From Spirulina sp. (GTDB lineage: Bacteria; Cyanobacteriota; Cyanobacteriia; Phormidesmidales; Phormidesmidaceae): a stretch of DNA of 64,000 bases. The stretch is taken from the NCBI GenBank assembly GCA_044070495.1, contig JBIPSI010000007.1, forward strand, positions 64,001 to 128,000, in the 5' to 3' direction. Numbering within the stretch: the stretch's first letter is position 1; every line of letters begins with the position of its first letter. The position numbers were made by a program, and so were the translations under genes. The notes under the pieces were generated by a model. The model did no database searches, had not been told where the DNA came from, and worked only from the letters and a program-made list of their open reading frames with translations. Below, one piece after another: positions 1 through 9,995 of this stretch.

Positions 1-1415
1 ACGTCCCAAATCACCTTCCAGCCGAGGAAGCTGGCTAGGATGAAGACCGTTAGGTGGGTGAGGAAGGCTTGGGGTGCCCAGAGACCGATGGCGACGCAGG
101 CGAGGGCAATCAGCACGGGCCAAATCAGTTGGGCGATGAGGGATTTTTTGACGGGGGCGTCGTCCTTTGAGGTCGCCGTTGCGGTGGATTCAGCAGGGCT
201 AGGAGTCGCCGGGGCTTCGGGTTTGGGGGCAGGCCAAATCACTTGCCCCTGGTGGATAACGGTGGTGGCGCGGATCACCTCGTCCTCTAGGTTGAGGTCG
301 TAGGCTTTGGCACCGCCGAGGTCGCTGAGCAGGTGGTAGAGGTTGTTGCCGTAGAGTTGGCTGGCCTGGGCGGCCATGCGGCTGGGCAGGTCAGTCAGAC
401 CAATGATGGTAACGCCGTGGTGGGTGGAGATTTCTCCCGGCTGGGTGACTTCGCAGTTGCCGCCCTGTTCTGCGGCCATATCTACGATGATCGACCCCGG
501 TTTCATGCTTTCCACCATGGCTTGGGTGATCAGCAGGGGCGCTTTTTTGCCGGGGATCAGCGCCGTGGTAATGATAATGTCTACTTCCTTGGCCTGCTGG
601 GCAAACAGGGCCATTTCGGCGGCGATGAAGGCTTGGCTCATCACCTTGGCGTAGCCGCCTTCCCCGGTGCCATCCTCTTGGAAGTGCAGTTCCAAAAATT
701 CGGCCCCCATGCTCTGCACCTGTTCTTTGACGGCAGGACGAGTATCAAAGGCTTTGACCACCGCTCCTAGACCCCGTGCGGTGCCGATGGCGGCAAGTCC
801 AGCCACCCCTGCACCAATGATTAACACCCTGGCCGGAGGGGTTTTACCCGCCGCCGTAATTTGCCCCGTAAAGCAGCGGCCAAACTGGTTCGCCGCCTCC
901 ACCACGGCCCGGTATCCGGCGATGTTCGCCATGGAACTGAGGGCATCCAGCTTTTGGGCACGGGTAATGCGGGGAACAGAATCCATCGCCAGCACGGTGC
1001 CGCCCTGGTGGGCCAGTTTCTCCATCAGTTCGGGGTTCTGGGCGGGCCAGATGAAGCTAATTAGGGTGCCTTCGGGACGCAGCAGCTCGGCTTCGTGGCA
1101 GTTCAATTCGGGATGCCACTGGGGCGCACGCACTTTCAGCACAATATCCGCCGTTTGCCACAGGCTACGGGCATCGGGCAGAATCTTGCAGCCCACCGCT
1201 TCATAGGCCTGATCGCTAAAGCTAGCCGCCGCCCCCGCCTGGGATTCCACCCACACCTCAAAGCCCAGCTTTTGCAGCTTTTTGGCCGTATCTGGAGTGG
1301 CGGAAACGCGCTGTTCTCCGGCAAAAATTTCCTTCGGAATGCCCACGCTTAGCCCCGTGGGTTTAGTTGCAACAGCATCCGCCGTAGATTGTTCAATCGG
1401 GGTGGCAATAGTCAT
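1..1415 (-). CDS. pntA: NAD(P) transhydrogenase subunit alpha (3' end runs off the window)
   Basis: Own translation from ATG at 1415: MTIATPIEQ...VGIPKEIFAGEQRVSATPDT...AQKLDALSSMANIAGYRAVVEAA...VLIIGAGVAGLAAIG...GDGTGEGGYAKVMS. Absent from the ORF track because the frame is open at the window edge. Confidence 0.95.
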   Translation of the reverse strand, partial: MTIATPIEQSTADAVATKPTGLSVGIPKEIFAGEQRVSATPDTAKKLQKLGFEVWVESQAGAAASFSDQAYEAVGCKILPDARSLWQTADIVLKVRAPQWHPELNCHEAELLRPEGTLISFIWPAQNPELMEKLAHQGGTVLAMDSVPRITRAQKLDALSSMANIAGYRAVVEAANQFGRCFTGQITAAGKTPPARVLIIGAGVAGLAAIGTARGLGAVVKAFDTRPAVKEQVQSMGAEFLELHFQEDGTGEGGYAKVMSQAFIAAEMALFAQQAKEVDIIITTALIPGKKAPLLITQAMVESMKPGSIIVDMAAEQGGNCEVTQPGEISTHHGVTIIGLTDLPSRMAAQASQLYGNNLYHLLSDLGGAKAYDLNLEDEVIRATTVIHQGQVIWPAPKPEAPATPSPAESTATATSKDDAPVKKSLIAQLIWPVLIALACVAIGLWAPQAFLTHLTVFILASFLGWKVIWD

Positions 1416-1901
1416 AGGTGTTTATCCTTGATGGTGACTCCTGAAGGGCAAATATCACGCGGCGGCGATGGGGCGAAACGATTAAACAGAACTCAACGGA
1501 GACAGAGGCAAAACGAATATCAATCCTAGCTAGGGTCTCAAAGAAAATGGATGGCAATGCTTAAGAGAATCCGTATTTCAAGGATCAATGACTGCAAATC
1601 GTTTGCCATCTAGGGCATCTAGGCTAGAAACCTATAAATCTTACAATTTCCTTAAAAACGGATGCTTCTCCCAGGCAACATCCACGATTAAACCGAGAAA
1701 AATGTCTTCTCTGAATACTTCGCCAGTGCAATCAAGATCTCCCATTTAAGACAATCTTGACGATTCACAAAACGCAATCAAAATCCAAAGCTTTACTATC
1801 TGGATAGTAAAGGGAAGTTGGAGCCATGAGAAGGAAACTTCAAGAATGTTTTATTTGTCCGCAAATAATTACAGACCTCTGATGGGCAGCCACGAAGGTT
1901 G

Positions 1902-1963
1902 AGGGTCAGGAGACCTGCCCCCTACAGAATCTCAATGCGGTAGGGGCGCGGTTGCCGTGCCCG
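1902..1963. repeat. Inverted pair of GTAGGGG-type REP-like palindromes
   Basis: AGGGTCAGGAGACCTGCCCCCTAC...GTAGGGGCGCGGTTGCCGTGCCCG. Homologous to the core of the MITE at 51090-51219. Direct repeat CAGCCACG at 1887-1894 and 1989-1996. Confidence 0.7.
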
Positions 1964-2065
1964 TTGCAAAATTCTTGCGTTAGGCCGTCAGCCACGCCGA
2001 TCTGTTGACGGGATGCTAGTAGGTCTAAATTGGCTGGGGGCTAGTTTCGAGGCGATGGGCCAAGC

Positions 2066-2710
2066 TTAGACCGCTAGGGCCGTCTGTTCCCGAATTTGGG
2101 CGATCAGATCCCCTAGACCGTAGGGATTCACTCGATAGCTGAGGGGATGGGCGATGAGGCGGGCGGTGCTGTAGTAGAGCACCTCAAGTTCCGTGAGGTT
2201 GTTCTCTCGCAGGGTTTTGCCCGTAGACACCAAGTCCACAATGGCCTCGGACATCCCCGTGATGGGGCCAAGCTCCACTGAACCGGAGAGGGGCACAATA
2301 TCGACAGGTAGGTCAAGACTCTGAAAATAGTCCTGGGCGCAGTGGACAAACTTAGAGGCAATGCGGCTGTGGGCTGGAATATCTAGGGCCGACCGATAGG
2401 GGCTATCCGCCTTCACCGCCACCGAGAGCCGACAGCCGCCAAAGCCCAGATCCGCCAAATTGGCCACGGTGGGCTGTTTTTCCCGCAGCACGTCGTAGCC
2501 CACAATGCCCAACTGCGCCTGCCCATACTCCACATACACGGGCACATCCTGCGCCCGCACCAGCAGCGCTCTGGCTCGTCCGGTGGGGTCGAGGATTTGC
2601 AGTTGGCGGTTGGCCTTGTCTTGGAACAGGCTGAAATCTAGACCCACTCGCTGAAACAGTTGAATGCTGTCGCCGAGGAGGGCACCCTTGGGCAAGGCAA
2701 TGGTAAGCAT
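2066..2710 (-). CDS. hisG: ATP phosphoribosyltransferase, short form
   Basis: [50 protein letters not shown]; 214 aa. Confidence 0.97.
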   Translation of the reverse strand: MLTIALPKGALLGDSIQLFQRVGLDFSLFQDKANRQLQILDPTGRARALLVRAQDVPVYVEYGQAQLGIVGYDVLREKQPTVANLADLGFGGCRLSVAVKADSPYRSALDIPAHSRIASKFVHCAQDYFQSLDLPVDIVPLSGSVELGPITGMSEAIVDLVSTGKTLRENNLTELEVLYYSTARLIAHPLSYRVNPYGLGDLIAQIREQTALAV

Positions 2711-2861
2711 AGGTCGGGTAGTCGATGGCCTTTGCTATCTTACCCCCCATTCCAGGGGCTATCCCTCATCCCGCTTGTATCTTGGCTTACCAAACCCTAT
2801 CCGACCGAGGCAACACCCGCTAGGATGGAACCGGATAGATGGGGTGTAACCGTTGAGAATC

Positions 2862-3314
2862 ATGGGTTCTGGAAGTAAGACCTACGGCATTATTGGTTGG
2901 CGCGAGTGGGTGGCGCTGCCCAATCTAGGGGTGCCTGCCATCAAGGCTAAGGTGGATACTGGGGCGCGATCCTCGGCGCTTCACGCCTTTGACCTAGAAC
3001 ATTTTGACCGCAACGGCGCAACCATGGTGCGGTTCCAGGCCCACCCCATTCAGCGGGATGATCAGTACATTATCTCGGTAGAGGCGGTGCTGCTGGAGGA
3101 GCGGTGGGTGCGTAACTCTGGTGGCCAAGAGGAACTGCGTCCGGTGATTGAAACCACCGTGCAGGTGGGAGAGCACATTTGGCCCATGGAACTGACCCTC
3201 ACCAACCGCGACGTGATGGGGTTTCGCCTCTTGCTGGGGCGACAGGCGGTGCGGCAGCGATACCTGGTGGATCCAGGGCACTCCTACCTACAACCCCTAC
3301 CAACGTCATCCTGA
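2862..3314 (+). CDS. RimK-associated retropepsin-like protease (RimB/ATP-dependent Zn protease family)
   Basis: [40 protein letters not shown]; directly upstream of rimK; ATG at 2862 preferred over TTG at 2853. Confidence 0.88.
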   Translation: MGSGSKTYGIIGWREWVALPNLGVPAIKAKVDTGARSSALHAFDLEHFDRNGATMVRFQAHPIQRDDQYIISVEAVLLEERWVRNSGGQEELRPVIETTVQVGEHIWPMELTLTNRDVMGFRLLLGRQAVRQRYLVDPGHSYLQPLPTSS

Positions 3315-3390
3315 CAGTCAAGCGATTCAAGATCGGTCTTGGTTTATCCGTTTTTACCTTGTCTGCCCGTTAACGATCCTTAGGCCCGCT

Positions 3391-4305
3391 ATGAAGATTG
3401 TGATTTTATCTAGGGACGCCTCCCTCTATTCCACTCGGCGGCTGAAGGAGGCTGGCGAAGCGCGGGGCCATGACATGCAGGTGATTGACCACATGCGCTG
3501 CTACATGAACATCACCTCCCACAAACCCACGGTGCTCTACCAAGGCCAGCCCCTAGAAGGTGTGGATGCGGTAATCCCCCGCATTGGGGCGTCGAATACG
3601 TTCTACGGCACGGCGGTGGTGCGCCAGTTTGAGGTGATGGGGGTGTTTACCGCCAATACCTCCATGGCGATCTCGCGCTCGCGGGATAAGCTGCGATCTT
3701 TGCAAATTATGGCCCGCCGAGGCATTGGCCTACCCGTAACGGGCTTTGCCCATTCCACCAAAGACATCGATGGTTTAGTGGACATTGTGGGCGGTGCGCC
3801 CTTGGTCATCAAGCTGCTAGAAGGCACCCAAGGCATCGGGGTCGTCCTGGCCGAAACTCAGCAGGCGGCTAAGTCCGTAATTGAAGCCTTCCGGGGTCTC
3901 GATGCCAACATTCTGGTGCAGGAGTTTATCAAAGAAGCCGGGGGCATGGATATCCGCTGCTTTGTGATTGGCGATAAAGTCGTCGCCGCTATGAAACGCC
4001 AGGGCGCACCGGGGGAGTTTCGCTCCAACCTGCACCGGGGCGGTTCCGCCAGCCGGGTGCGCCTCACCCCAGAGGAACGCAGCACCGCCATTCGAGCCGC
4101 CAAAGCCATGGGCCTGCGCGTAGCCGGGGTGGATCTGTTGCGATCCAACCATGGCCCCGTGGTAATGGAGGTGAACTCCTCCCCTGGCTTAGAGGGCATC
4201 GAAAAGGCCACCGACATTGATGTAGGCGGCAAAATCATCGACTTTATCGTGAAACAAACCACCCCCAAAAACGCCAAACGAACTACCAATCGCACCAACT
4301 ATTGA
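3391..4305 (+). CDS. rimK: Ribosomal protein S6--L-glutamate ligase (ATP-grasp)
   Basis: [56 protein letters not shown]. Confidence 0.96.
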   Translation: MKIVILSRDASLYSTRRLKEAGEARGHDMQVIDHMRCYMNITSHKPTVLYQGQPLEGVDAVIPRIGASNTFYGTAVVRQFEVMGVFTANTSMAISRSRDKLRSLQIMARRGIGLPVTGFAHSTKDIDGLVDIVGGAPLVIKLLEGTQGIGVVLAETQQAAKSVIEAFRGLDANILVQEFIKEAGGMDIRCFVIGDKVVAAMKRQGAPGEFRSNLHRGGSASRVRLTPEERSTAIRAAKAMGLRVAGVDLLRSNHGPVVMEVNSSPGLEGIEKATDIDVGGKIIDFIVKQTTPKNAKRTTNRTNY

Positions 4306-4908
4306 TCCCAAAGAGGATCTGGCTAACTCGTTTTGTCCGTCAACCCGATCAAACCGTCCAACCGTTTTTTGTGTGAAGCCTACTTCATACATACCCGTTT
4401 AACCTTGATATTTTCTTTATCAATTACTCGTCGGAAATTTAAGTATAAATACTGAGATTCTGGCTGACCTGATGTAGTTTCAATGAAATGGACTCCAATT
4501 TTCTGAGTTCATCCTAGCTGGCTATTCCGTAGGAGTACCCGCTAGATAAGACAATATTGAAAGATATGGATTCAGAAAGAAGAACGCATTGATAACAGGG
4601 CCGTTTATCTCCGCTACTTCACGGATTAAAAGGCTTGTCAGTGGTTTTACGGCCTTGAGACTCTACCACCTAAAGTCTATTTCAGACTATTTTTTATAGG
4701 GGTTTCACCCCTCTTAAGAGATTTTCAACCCTTCGCTAAGGTAAAGACATCGAAACATAGAACTGGGTGAATGTTCAGATCTTTGTGGTCAGTCTCGCTT
4801 TCCGTAAATAGGATGGCACGGGGCTAGGTTGATCTGTGTCTACCCTAGGCTTTGGCCAGGGCAGGCGGTTGGGGATGTAGCCCGGTTAGTCTCAGTAGGG
4901 TGCTCAAA

Positions 4909-7818
4909 ATGTCACGGGATGCACTAATTGTTGGTATTAACACTTATCAACACCTGCCCAGCCTGCGGGCCCCCGCCAACGATGCCGAGTCTGTTGCTCG
5001 TTGCCTTGAAAGCTTTGGAGAATGTCGAGTGCTGCGGATGCCGGAGGCCATTCGCCACAAAAAGCCCACGATTAGCCCCCAGGCGGCGGTGACCACCAAA
5101 ATGCTGGAGGAGGCGCTGATTCGCCTGTTTAAGCCGACGGGTAAAAATATTCCCCAGACCGCCCTTTTTTACTATTCTGGCCACGGCCTCCAGCGCAACG
5201 CCGGGATTCAAGAGGGCTATTTAGCCACCAGCGAGGCCAACCCCGCCGCAGGGCAATACGGGCTGTCGATGTATTGGCTGCGGCGGTTGCTGCAGGAAAG
5301 CCCTGTCCGTCAGCGAATTATTATCCTAGACTGCTGCAACAGCGGTGAGTTTCTCAATGTGCTAGAGGCTGATCCAGGGGCGCGGTCGGGCACGGATCGC
5401 CTCTTTATGGCCGCCTCGCGGGAATACGAGGAGGCCTACGAATCCCTAGAAGGGCATCACAGTGTGTTTACCCAGGCCCTGCTATCGGGGCTGAACCCCT
5501 ACAAGGTTAAGGGCGGCGTGGTTAATGGCCATTCCCTCACCCATACCATCAACCGCCAGCTTAAAGGGGAGCTTCAACAACCCCTGTTTGAAAGCTCTGG
5601 CGGCGAGATCGTCCTCACCCGCTTGTCTGGTACGACTCCTGTGATTCAGGCCTCTAAGGTCACGACCCTGGATCGTCTCAAGCACCTCAGCTATGGCTTT
5701 TGTCCCTTCCAGGGGCAGGCTCCCTTTGAGTCCTCCCACGCCAGCCTATTTTTTGGTCGCGAAGGGATCACCTCAGCCCTGCTAGATCGGGTGCAGCAGG
5801 ATCGGTTTTGTGCCCTAGTGGGGCCATCGGGATGTGGCAAAACCTCTATTTTGCAGGCGGGGCTAATGCACAGCCTGCAACGGCAGCGTCCGGCTGAGCA
5901 GGCTGCCCTGTGGGATGTGCGGTATCTGGCCCCTGGCCCTAGTCCCCTCAAGGCTTTGGCGGAGGTCTTTGTCGATCCAGGGGTAAAAGGGATTCAGCGG
6001 GCGGAGCAAATGCGCCAAGCCGAATCTTTTTTGCACCGGGGCGGCGAGGGGATGATCCAATTGGTGCAGGCCATTGCCCAACCCGACGACACCCAACCCC
6101 ATCGATCCCCGCAGGTGGTGCTGATTGTTGACCAGTTTGAGGATCTGCTGCGCCTCCCTGCCCATCCCGGTCTAGACGGAGATCAACGGGCCGTATTGGA
6201 TTGTCTGATGGCCGTCATCCAGCAGCCCCATTTACCCATTCATGTGGTGATTGGGCTACGGGCTAACCACCTGCGAGATCTCCAGCGCTTCCCGGAGGTC
6301 TACGCCCTGGTGGCCGAGCATGGCCTAACGGTGCCCGCCCTGACCTACGACCAGGTGAAATCCACCATCGTTGGCCCCCTAGAAAAGGTGGGGCTACGCT
6401 ATGACGCCAACCTGATTTATACCTTGCTGTTGGATGTGGTCGGAGCAGCGGGGGATTTGGCCCTGCTGCAGACGGCCCTCAAGGCGGTGTGGCAGCACCG
6501 AGAAATGGATCTTAAGGGCCAGGAGCCCCCACGATTAACCCTAGAGGCCTATGCCGAAATGGGCGGTATTCGCCACCTGCTGAGCCAGCGGGCGAGCCAG
6601 TTTTACCAGCAACTATCTCGCACCGATCAGCCCATTGCCGAGCGAATTTTGATGGGGCTGTGTGAACCGGGGGAAGGATCTACCCTCACCCGCCGCCAGG
6701 TACAGCTTTCGGAACTAGTGACCGCTGCCATGGAGGAGGGGCCAGTCTTAGCGGTGCTTGACCAGATGATGAAGGCTGGTTTAGTGGTGGCCCAAACTAA
6801 CCTTAGTCGCCCTGAATTGCCAGGGGAGGTTTCGGCGGCGGCCCTGGTTCCGGCTAGCGGCCTCACGGCGGACGTTTTGCCCGTGTCGGCGGAGCCTCGA
6901 CCCCTAGCGCAGGTGTTGGCGCGTCACCACCACGGAAATCTGTGCCATTGCCCCGATCTGGTGCCTCACTTTGACGTGGCCCACGAATCGCTCATCCGCA
7001 CCTGGCTGCCGATGCAGGCCTGGTTCCAGAATAGTCAGCCCCGCCTGAAGGCCCAGCGCGCCATCGAAGCGGCAGCCCAGGAGTGGTATCGCCAGCAATG
7101 CCCCAACCATCCTGAATATTTTCTGACCAAAACCCGCCTCCAGGAAGCCAAAGCACTGCACATGGAGTACCCAGGTTGCCTCTCACTCCAGGCCACGGGT
7201 TATCTCCAGGCTTGCCAAAACTACGCCCGTCGCTGTGCCCGCAAGCGCTACTTGATGAAGCTGCTCATCCCCATCAGTATGGGAACGGGGATGCTGGCAG
7301 CCTACGGCCACAACGTGATGACCGACTCCGCATCGGCCTGGAAAAAAACGCCTCCTAATCCGCCCACGGTGGCCACGGGGCCGGTGTTTCGTTCCGTAGA
7401 GGCTGAACCTAACGTAGCCGCCTCCGCGCCGACCGAGACCCCAGCCATGCCTAGCCCGCCGCCCCAGGTGGGGATGGTGCGGACGAACCTAATCGAAACC
7501 CTATTAAAGCGGGTGACGATCTCCCCCCCCAAGGTCACGACATCCCTTACCTCCCTGAGCCCGGAACTGCCTAGCCTCCTCCAACGCGCTTCTCAACGCA
7601 CCTTGCCCTGGGAAGCCAAGGCTAGATCCCTGCGACTTCCCCCCCCTTCCCTAGGGCTATCCAGCCCAAACACCAGTGCCCCCATGCCCACCGCCGCATC
7701 CCCAGAAAAGGTGGCCGAATGGGTTTCTCCCACCGATCCCAAGGTTATGGTGCAGGTCTGGTGTCTCCGGTCTGATGCCGAACCCGTTTGTTTCACCCTG
7801 CAGCAGCCCCTCCCCTGA
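4909..7818 (+). CDS. Caspase (peptidase C14)-domain + nSTAND1-type NTPase protein with Pro-rich C-terminus
   Basis: MSRDALIVGINTY, YYSGHG and ILDCCNSG (His/Cys dyad), CPFQGQAPF/LFFGRE, Walker A GPSGCGKT, Walker B LIVDQFED, DVAHESLIRTW; ATG at 4909 preferred. Confidence 0.85.
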   Translation: MSRDALIVGINTYQHLPSLRAPANDAESVARCLESFGECRVLRMPEAIRHKKPTISPQAAVTTKMLEEALIRLFKPTGKNIPQTALFYYSGHGLQRNAGIQEGYLATSEANPAAGQYGLSMYWLRRLLQESPVRQRIIILDCCNSGEFLNVLEADPGARSGTDRLFMAASREYEEAYESLEGHHSVFTQALLSGLNPYKVKGGVVNGHSLTHTINRQLKGELQQPLFESSGGEIVLTRLSGTTPVIQASKVTTLDRLKHLSYGFCPFQGQAPFESSHASLFFGREGITSALLDRVQQDRFCALVGPSGCGKTSILQAGLMHSLQRQRPAEQAALWDVRYLAPGPSPLKALAEVFVDPGVKGIQRAEQMRQAESFLHRGGEGMIQLVQAIAQPDDTQPHRSPQVVLIVDQFEDLLRLPAHPGLDGDQRAVLDCLMAVIQQPHLPIHVVIGLRANHLRDLQRFPEVYALVAEHGLTVPALTYDQVKSTIVGPLEKVGLRYDANLIYTLLLDVVGAAGDLALLQTALKAVWQHREMDLKGQEPPRLTLEAYAEMGGIRHLLSQRASQFYQQLSRTDQPIAERILMGLCEPGEGSTLTRRQVQLSELVTAAMEEGPVLAVLDQMMKAGLVVAQTNLSRPELPGEVSAAALVPASGLTADVLPVSAEPRPLAQVLARHHHGNLCHCPDLVPHFDVAHESLIRTWLPMQAWFQNSQPRLKAQRAIEAAAQEWYRQQCPNHPEYFLTKTRLQEAKALHMEYPGCLSLQATGYLQACQNYARRCARKRYLMKLLIPISMGTGMLAAYGHNVMTDSASAWKKTPPNPPTVATGPVFRSVEAEPNVAASAPTETPAMPSPPPQVGMVRTNLIETLLKRVTISPPKVTTSLTSLSPELPSLLQRASQRTLPWEAKARSLRLPPPSLGLSSPNTSAPMPTAASPEKVAEWVSPTDPKVMVQVWCLRSDAEPVCFTLQQPLP

Positions 7819-8027
7819 TTTGATCTTGGTGAACTCCGTTGATTTGGGTCGCGTGCGTCACTAGCCTGGCCTAGGCTAGGCGGGTGTCTTTACCAAGGAT
7901 TGAAAGCCTCGTAAATTTACTGAGTTAATTTTCCTGATGCATCCTGGCAGCGCCCAAGCCATTCATACTTGAGTAAGACATTTTCGGCAGTTGCGTCCGG
8001 CTGTAGCCGCGTTGTTTTTGGAGAACC

Positions 8028-9710
8028 ATGATGGTAGGAACTGTGCTTTACGATCCCCTCATCCATGCTAATCCTCTCGCATCGGGCTTTTTCGCCTATG
8101 GGCAGTTGCCCACCGCCCCGATTTTTCTCCAGAACTTCCCCCCCAGCAGCGTTGGGGATATCACAGATGTCTATGAGGTGTTGCCCCTGCCCCAGGTCAG
8201 TTCCTCCACGGGCACCAGGCTGAATACCAATGGCACGCTGATCAACATTTCCCCAGGCTACGAGCCGCTCACCTACTACGCCTCTAACGGCACCATCAAG
8301 ATCCCTACCGGGCGCACCCTCACCCTAACGCCCTTCCAAGGCTATGCCGGTTTTGCCAACCATACGATTGACTTGGATTTTGCCAATCTCGATCTGTTTA
8401 CCTTCGATCCCAATTCAGCGGAGCTCACCCCCGTCAATGGGGCCTTCCCTGTTTTAGATCCAGGCCAAGGCTTTGCGGTGGAGTTTGATCTGGCCATTGC
8501 CCTAGAACAAAGCAACGCCAATCGGGCTGGCTTCAGCGTTACCGTCATCAGTAACGATCTCAGTAAGGGGCTAGAGATCGGCTTTAAGGAAGCGGGTCTC
8601 AACAGCGATTATATTTTTGCCCAAAACGCCAACCTCAATGCTGCCAGCGAGGGGGAACGGAGCGTCTTACCGTTAGAAATTCAGGTGGCCCAGCGCTATC
8701 GACTGGCCATGCAGGGCAGTAGCTACACCCTCTCGGTGAATGGCACCACTCTGCTCACAGGCACCCTGCGAGATTATAGCTTCGACCCCACCCTCAGCAG
8801 TCCGCCCTTTCCTGAGGCCGTTAACCCCTACGAAACCCCTAATTTTCTTTTCTTTGGCGACAATACCGACCAGGGCTACGCCGACTTTACCCTAGGGCGG
8901 GTTGCCCTGGTCTCCCTGCCCCCTTCCCTGGCCCGCCGATCAGACTTTAGCGGCAATGGATCCGCTGATATCCTATGGCGCAACCAGGCCGGAGGACAGA
9001 CGCTGCTGTGGCAAATGGAGGGCACCACCCTCAAGGATGGGGCATTTTTTGGCCCGCCTGTCCCCGCCGAGTGGGCGATCAAAGCCGTTGGGGATCTGAA
9101 TGGGGACGGTCGGCCCGACATCGTGTGGCAGCATCAGCAGACCTCCGCCGTGGCGGCTTGGCAGATGGATGGCACAACGCTGACCACAGGGGATCTGCTG
9201 CCGCCGGTTGACCCCCTTTGGCAACTCACCGCCGCCAGCGACTTTAACCAGGATGGCAAGGATGACCTGCTGTGGCGGCACCAAACCACCGGGAACCTAG
9301 TGGTCTGGTATATGGACGGTCTGACTCAAACGGGAGGAGACCTGCTCACGGCTCCCGCCGTGGCCGATGCCGCCTGGGAAATAGGTGCCGTGGGCGACTT
9401 TAGCAACGATGGCAATCCAGATATTCTCTGGCACAACCGCACCACCGGCGCGATTGGTTTTTGGTCAATGACGGGCATCACCTTCAATGGGGTTACCTCT
9501 GTGACCCAGGGGGGCAGTCCCTTGACCACCGTTGATCCGGCGTGGCAGGCCATTGGTACCGCCGACTTCAACCAGGATGGTCAGCTTGATGTGCTGTGGC
9601 GGCATCGTCAGAACGGCGGCACGGTGCTATGGCTGATGGATAATTTCTCGATTATCAGCGGTGTCGGGCTGCCCACAGTGGATCCAGCGGGCTGGACAGC
9701 ATCGGTATAG
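8028..9710 (+). CDS. Surface protein: N-terminal beta-rich domain (choice-of-anchor Y-like) + C-terminal FG-GAP/VCBS repeats
   Basis: NRAGFSVTVISNDLSKGLEIGF in the N-half; five D(F/L)xxDGxxD(I/L/V)(L/V)W repeats in the C-half. Confidence 0.75.
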   Translation: MMVGTVLYDPLIHANPLASGFFAYGQLPTAPIFLQNFPPSSVGDITDVYEVLPLPQVSSSTGTRLNTNGTLINISPGYEPLTYYASNGTIKIPTGRTLTLTPFQGYAGFANHTIDLDFANLDLFTFDPNSAELTPVNGAFPVLDPGQGFAVEFDLAIALEQSNANRAGFSVTVISNDLSKGLEIGFKEAGLNSDYIFAQNANLNAASEGERSVLPLEIQVAQRYRLAMQGSSYTLSVNGTTLLTGTLRDYSFDPTLSSPPFPEAVNPYETPNFLFFGDNTDQGYADFTLGRVALVSLPPSLARRSDFSGNGSADILWRNQAGGQTLLWQMEGTTLKDGAFFGPPVPAEWAIKAVGDLNGDGRPDIVWQHQQTSAVAAWQMDGTTLTTGDLLPPVDPLWQLTAASDFNQDGKDDLLWRHQTTGNLVVWYMDGLTQTGGDLLTAPAVADAAWEIGAVGDFSNDGNPDILWHNRTTGAIGFWSMTGITFNGVTSVTQGGSPLTTVDPAWQAIGTADFNQDGQLDVLWRHRQNGGTVLWLMDNFSIISGVGLPTVDPAGWTASV

Positions 9711-9887
9711 ATAATCGTTGTGGCGTCTAGTCGCTCTCGTGCCTGGGTTGGCCTGAGGTTGGGTTCTCCCTTGGACACCCTTGCCGATTGTCTGGTTTAC
9801 GTGGACTCCTAGGCTAGGGTATTAGCGCTATCCTAGGCAGGAGAGCGCACCGGTGCTGGATGCTAGCAGGAGTCGGAGGAGCCAACC

Positions 9888-9995
9888 ATGGTCAAGATTG
9901 TCAGCCGTCAGTCCTTGGGGGTGCAGCCCGTCTACGACATTGGCGTGGCGGCGGATCACAACTTTCTCCTAGCCGATGGCCGGGTGGCCTCGAAC
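9888..9995 (+). other. Split DnaE intein C-fragment (36 aa)
   Basis: 36 residues ending ASN before the CFN extein, the typical cyanobacterial trans-splicing Int-C. Confidence 0.95.

Noticed and set aside
40..1352. Plus-strand ORFs over 1-1400
   Set aside because: Antisense shadows of pntA on the minus strand
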